A DNA stretch of 64,000 bases from an uncultured Piscirickettsiaceae bacterium. GTDB lineage: Bacteria; Pseudomonadota; Gammaproteobacteria; Nitrosococcales; Methylophagaceae. This document shows positions 33,345-40,756 of this stretch, one piece after another (position 1 is the stretch's first letter; the number at the start of each line of letters is the position of its first letter). Position numbers and translations under genes: made by a program. The notes under the pieces are model-generated. The model was not told where the DNA came from. It did no database searches and saw only the letters and a list, made by a program, of their open reading frames with translations. The stretch spans positions 77 through 64,076 of the forward strand of contig CAZRAY010000003.1 in the NCBI GenBank assembly GCA_964598235.1, in the 5' to 3' direction.

Positions 33345-33988
33345 TGCAAAAATCGAGTTTAAAACAGACGGCGATTAAAATCACACTCGCGATAGCCATA
33401 TTATGGCTAATCAAGGGTGCTGAGATGCTGTTTGATTGGGATTTTAGATCCTATGGCGTGAAGCCGCGAGAATGGGCTGGCTTAGTCGGGATTGCTTTAG
33501 CGCCATTGATTCATGGTTCATTTGAACATCTTTTTGCCAATACTTTACCTGTCTTTGTTTTAGCCACCGCATTATTTTATGAATATCCGAAGTCAGCTAA
33601 GCCAGCCTTAGCTATCATTTATATTGGGTCGGGGCTTGGCGTGTGGTTATTTGCGCGCGAAGCGACCACCCATTTTGGCGCCAGTGGCTTAACGCATGGC
33701 ATGATGTTTTTCTTGTTTTTTATTGGTGTATTTCGACGTGATAAATCCGCGATGGCGATTGCGATGATCGTGTTCTTCCTATATGGCGGCATGCTATTAA
33801 GTATTTTGCCGCGAGAGGAACATATCTCTTTTGAATATCATTTGTTTGGGGCTTTAATGGGTTTGATTTGCGCCGTGATATATCGCAATCGGGATCCAAA
33901 GCCGCCAGTGAAGCAATATAGTTGGGAAGGTGAGGAAGAAGGCGATAATGAAAGTGCTGATTATGAAGAAGAAGGACTTAATTCTTAG
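33344..33988 (+). CDS. Rhomboid-family intramembrane serine protease (214 aa)
   Basis: Six predicted TM segments, catalytic GxSG (HFGASGLTHG) and downstream His (EYHLFGALMG), and an acidic C-terminal tail. The start shares a base with the lyase stop (TAATG). Confidence 0.7.
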   Translation: MQKSSLKQTAIKITLAIAILWLIKGAEMLFDWDFRSYGVKPREWAGLVGIALAPLIHGSFEHLFANTLPVFVLATALFYEYPKSAKPALAIIYIGSGLGVWLFAREATTHFGASGLTHGMMFFLFFIGVFRRDKSAMAIAMIVFFLYGGMLLSILPREEHISFEYHLFGALMGLICAVIYRNRDPKPPVKQYSWEGEEEGDNESADYEEEGLNS

Positions 33989-34478
33989 GGCAGGGGAGTA
34001 ACTTTTCTATTTCATTTAGGATGGCATAATGCACTGAATGATTAAGGTCGGTGTTTTTATCCTTAAGGTTTTTGACGGTATGCTTAATAATGTCAACGAG
34101 GCCCACCTTTTTATTAAAACAAAGGAAGCGGCTAGCAACAGTATACACTCCAAGCTTTTTATGTAATGCTGGATTAGATTCCATTTGAGATGTTATTTCT
34201 GAACGAGAAACGCCCATTTCATCAGCAAGCTTATATTCGGCATTCAAGGAAAGGGTACTGGTATAGCCCGATATAACGCCGGATGTGTAAGAAAGGCAGG
34301 ATAAAGAATGGTAGAAATCATCATTTTCTAGCGTGTTTGGATTAATGATGGGTTCACAGGCTCGAATGAAATCTCCCACCGTTGTGATCAAGTATTTGTC
34401 GTAAGACGTTTCATGTTCTGATGCAAATACGTTTGCGCTTAAAAATAATAATAGAACCGTTAATGTATTTTTAAACAT
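33978..34478 (-). CDS. Secreted hypothetical protein (166 aa), AT-rich gene
   Basis: Signal peptide (LLLFLSANVFASE) and five Cys. I recognise no family. The 3' end overlaps the rhomboid 3' end by 11 nt (convergent). Confidence 0.5.
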   Translation of the reverse strand: MFKNTLTVLLLFLSANVFASEHETSYDKYLITTVGDFIRACEPIINPNTLENDDFYHSLSCLSYTSGVISGYTSTLSLNAEYKLADEMGVSRSEITSQMESNPALHKKLGVYTVASRFLCFNKKVGLVDIIKHTVKNLKDKNTDLNHSVHYAILNEIEKLLPCPKN

Positions 34479-34508
34479 TCTATATTCCTAGTCTGAAGAA
34501 TTTAAAGC

Positions 34509-34934
34509 TTAAGAACGTTTTTCAAAAAATATCATATGCAGAAATAAACCCGCTAGGATAGCGCCCAATACAATAAAGGGTTCAGCCACGTTAACCCCAA
34601 AGCTTAGGTTGGCGATAACCGGACCTGGGCAATAACCCGTTATGCCCCAGCCGAGGCCGAAGACGATAGCGCCAATGATTAATGGTTTATCTAATTGGAT
34701 GTTAGTGGGCAAATGAAATACATCATCAAAGAACGGTTTGGCACGTTTGGGGATGAAGTAAAAAGCGAGCGCAGCCACGCAGAGCGCGCCGCCCATTACG
34801 AAGGCGAGGCTGGGATCCCAAGTTGAATTTAGGGTTAAGAAGTGAATCACTTTTTGTGGATCGGTCATTTCTGATAAATCTAGGCCGACACCGAAGAGTG
34901 TGCCGCTTAATAAAGCGATTAATATAGTCTTCAT
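34509..34934 (-). CDS. YeeE/YedE-family sulfur-compound transporter, half-size subunit (141 aa)
   Basis: Four-TM protein (MKTILIALLSGTLFGVGLDLS...). The ATG at 34934 overlaps the upstream stop (ATGA). The longer TTG-start version in the ORF track was rejected. Confidence 0.7.
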   Translation of the reverse strand: MKTILIALLSGTLFGVGLDLSEMTDPQKVIHFLTLNSTWDPSLAFVMGGALCVAALAFYFIPKRAKPFFDDVFHLPTNIQLDKPLIIGAIVFGLGWGITGYCPGPVIANLSFGVNVAEPFIVLGAILAGLFLHMIFFEKRS

Positions 34935-35362
34935 GTTACCACTCCTAAGAGTGGGCGGATAAAGGTGGCGGCAATGGCGCCTGAACCCATAAAGACAAGG
35001 GTGGCGACGATAGAACGCTTGGAGAGGCGTGCGATACCGCAAATACCATGGCCACTGGTGCAGCCATTGCCCATACGGGTGCCGAAGCCAACGAGTAGGC
35101 CGCCGATAATCAGTGGAATAAGAGGGAGGCCGCTATCGGGAGTGGACACATAATGTTCCCAACGATGGAATAGCATCGCACCGATAACAATGCCGGCTAG
35201 GAAGGCAAAGCGCCAATACTTTTCAAAGGCTCCTGCATTGATAACACCAGCAATCATGCCAGAGATGCCGGTGATTCGACCGGTAAATAACAGCATAATG
35301 GCGGCGCTGAGCCCGATGAATGTGCCGCCGAGGAAACTGGTGAAAGGAGTGAAGTTTTCCAT
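34931..35362 (-). CDS. YeeE/YedE-family sulfur-compound transporter, half-size subunit (143 aa)
   Basis: Conserved Cys-containing loop GNGCTSGHGICG, typical of YeeE/YedE (DUF395) repeats. Confidence 0.75.
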   Translation of the reverse strand: MENFTPFTSFLGGTFIGLSAAIMLLFTGRITGISGMIAGVINAGAFEKYWRFAFLAGIVIGAMLFHRWEHYVSTPDSGLPLIPLIIGGLLVGFGTRMGNGCTSGHGICGIARLSKRSIVATLVFMGSGAIAATFIRPLLGVVT

Positions 35363-35455
35363 GGTGATGCGTGGTCCATTAAGATGTTGGGAATGCTATG
35401 GATTATAAGTGATTGTGAATATATAAGGAACCAGTAAGAGTTTTATTAAGGAAAG

Positions 35456-35482
35456 CCCTCCCCGCAAAATTCACGGAGAGGG
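35456..35482 (-). terminator. Possible terminator hairpin after the cupin gene
   Basis: Stem CCCTCCCCG/CGGAGAGGG (8 bp plus one mismatch) with a 9-nt loop, 10 nt past the cupin stop. A moderately U-rich stretch follows on the minus strand. Confidence 0.4.
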
Positions 35483-35492
35483 GAGAATGGTA

Positions 35493-35942
35493 TTAACTAG
35501 GCCATGTTACGGCTTTATCTGGAATAGCGGCATCCCCAATACCATATTGAACGAGTGAATTTTCACGGGCTTGAATAATAATATAGAGCAAGGGTGCATT
35601 TGAATGATTGTGCCAAGTTCTTTCGCCATTTGGCGCAATACGGACAATCGTACCTTCTTGGACATTAATCACTTCGCCATCTACTTGCATCTGACCCTCC
35701 CCTTGAATGAAGATATAGACCTCCTCATTTTGCTCGTGTCGATGATAAATTGGCATATCGGCGCCTGGCGCCATTGCGTTAATTGATATTTCACAGCTTG
35801 TAAAACCCGCTAAGTCTTTTAAAAATTGCTTACCGGGAATTGTTAAACCTGGTAGTTCAACGATAGGTTCTGGCCACTCTGAACGGCGACCACTTTCGAC
35901 GGATGTGTAGTTGGCGCCATGTTGCACTTTATAGTTTGACAT
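35493..35942 (-). CDS. Cupin-domain protein (149 aa)
   Basis: Cupin motif region PIYHRHEQNEEVYIFIQGEGQMQVDGE...RIAPNGERTWHN. Confidence 0.75.
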   Translation of the reverse strand: MSNYKVQHGANYTSVESGRRSEWPEPIVELPGLTIPGKQFLKDLAGFTSCEISINAMAPGADMPIYHRHEQNEEVYIFIQGEGQMQVDGEVINVQEGTIVRIAPNGERTWHNHSNAPLLYIIIQARENSLVQYGIGDAAIPDKAVTWPS

Positions 35943-35953
35943 TTTTATTCCTT

Positions 35954-35973
35954 TACCTACTAATAGGTAGGTA
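35954..35973 (-). promoter_or_regulatory. TetR-type operator upstream of the cupin gene (TACCTAC-N6-GTAGGTA)
   Basis: Perfect 7-bp inverted repeat 12-31 nt upstream of the cupin ATG. It has the same half-site as the palindrome upstream of tetR (36572-36591). Confidence 0.55.
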
Positions 35974-35993
35974 TTGTGCGCTAAAAAAAGAGG

Positions 35994-36560
35994 TTAGCGC
36001 TTCCCCATTAAATTTAAAATCAAAGAGGATGTGGTTTGTTCAAAGGATTCAACATCATTTGTTGCGCGTGCGATAAGTAATGCACCCTGCAATGACGATA
36101 AGAGTAACTTTGCTTGCGCCGCTGCGCCATTGTTTAAATTGAATACTTGTTTTGACTCTCCTTCGGAAAGCAGGGCAGTTAGCCACTCGGTGTTTACGGT
36201 GAAGAAATATTCCAGATTGGGCAAGATAACAGGATCAAGTGTGTGTGCTTCTGAGGCGAGCATACCGCCGAGACACATGCGCTTAATATCAAGCACACCA
36301 CGATAAATATCGATATAGGCTTCTAATTTTTGTTCGGGCGTTTTTGTTGTGCTCGCAATATTGAGCAGCGCGGCTTTTAATCTCGCCGTGTAGCGGGTAA
36401 TCAGCGCTTGGCCGAGATCGGTTTTAGCGGGGAAATGATGGTGTAAGCTGGCTTTTCGAATGCCGACTTCTCGCGCGACATCGGCATAGCTGAAGCCATT
36501 AAAACCGCGTTGTTGAACGAGCTTCTGGGCGCTATCTAATATTTTGTCTTTCATTTCCAT
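35994..36560 (-). CDS. TetR/AcrR-family transcriptional regulator
   Basis: N-terminal HTH (GFNGFSYADVAREVGIRKASLHHHFPAK). 188 aa. Confidence 0.88.
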   Translation of the reverse strand: MEMKDKILDSAQKLVQQRGFNGFSYADVAREVGIRKASLHHHFPAKTDLGQALITRYTARLKAALLNIASTTKTPEQKLEAYIDIYRGVLDIKRMCLGGMLASEAHTLDPVILPNLEYFFTVNTEWLTALLSEGESKQVFNLNNGAAAQAKLLLSSLQGALLIARATNDVESFEQTTSSLILNLMGKR

Positions 36561-36571
36561 GCTGAAATATT

Positions 36572-36591
36572 AACCTACCTTCCAGTAGGTT
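36572..36591 (-). promoter_or_regulatory. TetR-type operator upstream of tetR (AACCTAC-N6-GTAGGTT)
   Basis: Perfect 7-bp inverted repeat 12-31 nt upstream of the tetR ATG. It matches the operator at 35954-35973 in half-site, spacing and position. Confidence 0.55.
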
Positions 36592-36659
36592 GTCAAGTGA
36601 TGTGTTTTACAATCTGGTGGTATTTTAAGTTAACGCCACGTGTTGGTTCAGGATAAAAC

Positions 36660-37058
36660 TTATGTTGGTTTTAGTATAAAGCCTGCAATAGCACCCGCAA
36701 TGGTAACCTCGAGCCAGCTAGTAAAAAACCAGCTTACGGCTAGGCTGAGTGGAATAGGCATATATACATAAGAGCCAAATGCAGATATCACAGCAAAGCC
36801 AAATCCCAAAACAAGCCCAAACTTAATCCCGGTAGAGAGCGATTTAGGCGAAACGAAGTAGGCGTATAGCGCAGCAATAGTAATGCTGAAAATTAAGCTG
36901 GTGAGATACATGAAGAGGATATTCATTTCTTCAAAGGGGCGCCAGAGATCGGCAGTGGCTTCATAGGTGGCTTGTAGTAGGTTGCTGTGGACAGCAAAAT
37001 CGATCAGTGACCAGACAATAAAAATAATAAAACCAGTGAGTGCTGTTCGTTTAAGCAT
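36660..37058 (-). CDS. Hypothetical four-TM membrane protein (132 aa)
   Basis: Hydrophobic ORF beginning MLKRTALTGFIIFIVW (ATG at 37058). I recognise no family. Confidence 0.5.
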   Translation of the reverse strand: MLKRTALTGFIIFIVWSLIDFAVHSNLLQATYEATADLWRPFEEMNILFMYLTSLIFSITIAALYAYFVSPKSLSTGIKFGLVLGFGFAVISAFGSYVYMPIPLSLAVSWFFTSWLEVTIAGAIAGFILKPT

Positions 37059-37186
37059 GATTATTTTCCCAATAATTATGAAAGTATGGAATAAGCAATC
37101 TATCATACATTGGGAGGGATGCAAAAAAATCATAAGGCTTTGAGTGCATGAGGTAAAATAGTCTATTAGTTATATTGGAGTAGTAC

Positions 37187-37537
37187 ATGCAAATTGAAGA
37201 TTTGAAGTTATTGGTGATTGACGCGCTGGAAGATATTAAGGCGGAAGACATTCAGGTGTTGGACGTGCGCGAGATGACGGATGTAACAGATTTTATGATT
37301 ATCGCGAGCGGTAAATCAACGCGGCAGGTGAAGGCGTTGGCGAATTCGGTAATTCAGGCAGCGAAATCGGCTGATGTGATGCCATTAGGCTCTGAAGGCG
37401 AAACTGTGGGCGAGTGGGCGCTGGTGGATTTGGTGGATGTGATTGTGCATATCATGCTGCCAAATGTGCGCGAGGAATATAGTTTAGAAAAACTATGGAG
37501 CGTGCCTGCTAAAGAAAGAGAGAACGCAGCTAAATAA
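37187..37537 (+). CDS. rsfS: Ribosome silencing factor RsfS
   Basis: 116 aa RsfS/YbeB-like sequence ([30 protein letters not shown]). Followed by rlmH. Confidence 0.9.
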   Translation: MQIEDLKLLVIDALEDIKAEDIQVLDVREMTDVTDFMIIASGKSTRQVKALANSVIQAAKSADVMPLGSEGETVGEWALVDLVDVIVHIMLPNVREEYSLEKLWSVPAKERENAAK

Positions 37538-38007
37538 TGAAGCTTAATCTGCTGGCAGTCGGCACTAAAATGCCAGCGTGGGTAACGGCAGGCTATGAGG
37601 AATATGCCAAGCGTTTACCGCGAGATTGTTCATTACAATTACATGAAATTCCACCCGCCAAACGCGGTAAAAGTGGCGCACCTTCGCAATGGATGCGAGA
37701 AGAGGGCGCGCGAATCATGACCGCTATTCCAAATAATCATCATGTGGTGGTGTTGGATGTGAAGGGGAAGTCTTGGTGTACGGAAGATTTGGCGCAACAG
37801 CTTGAAAATTGGCAGGCCGATGGCCGAGATGTGTCGCTAGTGGTTGGTGGGCCTGATGGGCTGGCAGACGAATGTTTGCAACGGGCGGATCAGAAATGGT
37901 CGTTATCTGCATTAACCTTGCCGCATCCTTTGGTGCGTGTTGTGTTGGCTGAGCAACTATATCGCGCTTGGACAGTGACGCAGAATCATCCTTATCATCG
38001 CGCTTAA
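37537..38007 (+). CDS. rlmH: 23S rRNA (pseudouridine1915-N3)-methyltransferase RlmH
   Basis: 156 aa SPOUT protein (...[25 protein letters not shown]...). TAATG overlap with rsfS. Confidence 0.9.
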   Translation: MKLNLLAVGTKMPAWVTAGYEEYAKRLPRDCSLQLHEIPPAKRGKSGAPSQWMREEGARIMTAIPNNHHVVVLDVKGKSWCTEDLAQQLENWQADGRDVSLVVGGPDGLADECLQRADQKWSLSALTLPHPLVRVVLAEQLYRAWTVTQNHPYHRA

Positions 38008-38013
38008 AAAAGC

Positions 38014-38688
38014 ATGTTGAATTTAAATATTTTTGAACATGGTATAGAAATAAAATCAGGATTGATTTCTGAACAAGCTATTGAAGCTATTATTTCGGAA
38101 GTGGGCTCTGCAAGTGAAGAGATGCCAAAATATGGCGTTAGAAATGCAGAAAAGAAATTTCCGTCCATCCTTGAATTGATGGACTCTGAATTGGTGCAAG
38201 CATATGCACATAGTATTTTAGGCAAGGCACCAAGTGTCGTCAGGGTTATTTTCTTTGATAAAACACCAGAAAAGAATTGGCTGGTAGCATGGCATCAAGA
38301 TAAAACGATTTCTCTGAATAAAAAATTTGAGAAAGAAGGTTGGGAACCATGGACAATTAAGGACGATATACATCATGTTCAACCGCCTCTTGAGGTGTTG
38401 AACCAAATGGTTACATTTAGAATACATCTTGATTCAGCAGATGAGAACAATGGCTGCCTTAACGTTATTTCCCAATCTCATCAGGCAGGAATTTTAAAAC
38501 AAAAGCAGGTAGATGAAATAGTTGCAAAAGAAGATGTACTTTTATGTATTGTTGATGCGGGCGATACGGTTGTGATGAGACCGCATTTATTACATGCATC
38601 AAGTAAGGCTGTTACGCCTCAGCATAGAAGAGTTGTGCATATTGAGTTTAGTGGGTATGAATTACCTTGCGGTGTTAGCTGGGCATGA
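38014..38688 (+). CDS. Phytanoyl-CoA dioxygenase (PhyH)-family Fe(II)/2-oxoglutarate oxygenase (224 aa)
   Basis: HxD motif in LVAWHQDKT, a distal His in MRPHLLHAS, and Arg near the C-terminus. The gene is visibly more AT-rich than its neighbours. Its stop overlaps the maf start (ATGA). Confidence 0.7.
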   Translation: MLNLNIFEHGIEIKSGLISEQAIEAIISEVGSASEEMPKYGVRNAEKKFPSILELMDSELVQAYAHSILGKAPSVVRVIFFDKTPEKNWLVAWHQDKTISLNKKFEKEGWEPWTIKDDIHHVQPPLEVLNQMVTFRIHLDSADENNGCLNVISQSHQAGILKQKQVDEIVAKEDVLLCIVDAGDTVVMRPHLLHASSKAVTPQHRRVVHIEFSGYELPCGVSWA

Positions 38689-39275
38689 ACTTCCCCGAAA
38701 TCTATTTAGCCTCTGGCTCGCCACGTCGCGCCGAACTACTGACTCAAATTGGGGTCAATTTTAGTGTGCTATCGGTGGACGTAGATGAAACACGTTTAGT
38801 GAATGAATCGCCGATAGAGTATGTGCAACGCGTGGCGATTGCGAAGGCGCAGGCGGGTTGGGATAGTCTGCGCGAGAATAAAAAGCCAGTATTAGGTGCA
38901 GATACGTCGGTGGTATTGGGCGACATTGTGTTGGGCAAGCCTGCTGATGAGAATGTAGCGCGGATGATGTTGAAACACATATCGGGGCGGACACATGAGG
39001 TGATGACGGCGGTGGCGTTGGTGACTGCGCAAGGTGTAGATTGTGAATTGTGCACGAGCGAGGTGACTTTTCGCGCACTATCGGATACCGATATTGATTG
39101 GTATGTGGCGACCGGTGAAGGGATCGATAAAGCAGGAAGTTATGCAGTGCAGGGACTGGGGGCATTGTTTATTAGTGAATTAAAGGGGAGTTATTCTGCT
39201 GTAATGGGATTGCCATTATTAGAGACGGGCCAATTATTAAATCAGGCATTAGAGCAGGCAGTGAAACACGCATGA
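38685..39275 (+). CDS. maf: Maf-like nucleoside triphosphate pyrophosphatase (YhdE type)
   Basis: N-terminal LASGSPRRAELL motif. 196 aa. Followed by rng, as in E. coli. Confidence 0.9.
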   Translation: MNFPEIYLASGSPRRAELLTQIGVNFSVLSVDVDETRLVNESPIEYVQRVAIAKAQAGWDSLRENKKPVLGADTSVVLGDIVLGKPADENVARMMLKHISGRTHEVMTAVALVTAQGVDCELCTSEVTFRALSDTDIDWYVATGEGIDKAGSYAVQGLGALFISELKGSYSAVMGLPLLETGQLLNQALEQAVKHA

Positions 39276-40747
39276 GTAGTGAGATCTTAGTTAATATTAC
39301 ACCGAGTGAAACCCGCGCCGCGGTAGTGGAAGATGGGGTGTTGCAAGAGGTGTATATTGAGCGCAATGCTTGCCTCGGGATGGTGGGCAATATTTATAAG
39401 GGCAAGGTAAACCGCGTGCTGCCAGGCATGGAAGCCGCGTTTGTGGATATTGGTTTGGAGCGGGCGGCTTTTTTGCATGTGTCTGATATTTTTATCCCAC
39501 AGGAACAAACAGGTGATCTAGAAACCACAACAGAAGCGCCTTCGATTAAGACTTTATTGCGGCCTGGGCAGCAGATTTTGGTACAGGTGATTAAAGATCC
39601 GATGGGCACAAAAGGCGCGCGATTAACCACGCAGCTATCTGTTTCATCACGTTATTTAGTGTATTTACCCAATACACAAGGCATTGGGGTGTCGTTGAAG
39701 ATCGGTGAGGAAAAAGAACGCGAACGGTTGATTAGCGATGTGGCGGCGTTGATTAAGGATACCGAGCATAATAATGGCTATATCATTCGCACGGTAGCAG
39801 AAGGCGTATCACAAGCCGAGTTGGCATCAGATTTACAATTTTTGCACCAGCTCTGGGCGCAATTACAAGAACGAAAACGGACATTAAAACCAGGTTCGGT
39901 ATTGCATCAAGATTTGCCATTGGCAATGCGGGTAATGCGGGATTTGATTGGGCCTGATGTGGACCGGATTCGGTTCGATTCGAAAGAAACCTATGATACG
40001 GCAGTGGATTTTGCAACGGGATTTATGCCCGCTCAAGCCTCACTGTTATCACATTACACCGGTAAACAGCCTATTTTTGATTTATTTGGGGTGGAAGATG
40101 AGATTAATCATGCGTTAAACCGCAGTGTATCCCTTAAGTCTGGTGGTTATTTGATCTTTGATCAGACGGAAGCGATGACGACGGTTGATGTGAATACGGG
40201 CGGCTTTGTGGGCGTGTCTACCTTAGAAGAAACGATTTTTAAAACAAATTTAGAGGCGGCAGATGCGATTGCACGACAATTACGCTTACGTAACCTAGGT
40301 GGCATTATTATTCTTGATTTTATTGATATGGCAGAGGAAGGCCATCGAGATCAGGTGTGGCGGGCATTGGCATCTGCAATGGCATCGGATCGGGCGCGGC
40401 ATCATATTTGTGACGTGTCTGAATTGGGATTAGTGGAGATGACGCGTCGCCGTGTGCGGGAGAGTTTGGGCCATACGTTATGTGAGCCTTGCCCGAGTTG
40501 CGACGGCAAAGGTGAAGTTAAAACTGTTGAGACGCTATGTTACGAGATATTTCGTGAGATTATGCGGGTGGCGCGACAATATGAAACAACACAGCTTTTG
40601 GTGTTGGCTTCCATCGATGTGATTGATAAATTGCAGGATAAAGATTCAACTGAAATTGCTGAGTTGGAGCAGTTTATTGGTAAGCAGATTAAATTTCAGC
40701 CGGAAACGCAGTATGGTAGGGAGCAGTTTAATGTTGTCCTTATGTAA
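39272..40747 (+). CDS. rng: Ribonuclease G
   Basis: 491 aa with an N-terminal S1 domain and the RNase E/G catalytic core. Gene order maf-rng-yhdP-tldD. Confidence 0.92.
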   Translation: MSSEILVNITPSETRAAVVEDGVLQEVYIERNACLGMVGNIYKGKVNRVLPGMEAAFVDIGLERAAFLHVSDIFIPQEQTGDLETTTEAPSIKTLLRPGQQILVQVIKDPMGTKGARLTTQLSVSSRYLVYLPNTQGIGVSLKIGEEKERERLISDVAALIKDTEHNNGYIIRTVAEGVSQAELASDLQFLHQLWAQLQERKRTLKPGSVLHQDLPLAMRVMRDLIGPDVDRIRFDSKETYDTAVDFATGFMPAQASLLSHYTGKQPIFDLFGVEDEINHALNRSVSLKSGGYLIFDQTEAMTTVDVNTGGFVGVSTLEETIFKTNLEAADAIARQLRLRNLGGIIILDFIDMAEEGHRDQVWRALASAMASDRARHHICDVSELGLVEMTRRRVRESLGHTLCEPCPSCDGKGEVKTVETLCYEIFREIMRVARQYETTQLLVLASIDVIDKLQDKDSTEIAELEQFIGKQIKFQPETQYGREQFNVVLM

Positions 40748-40756
40748 GGTTACCCC

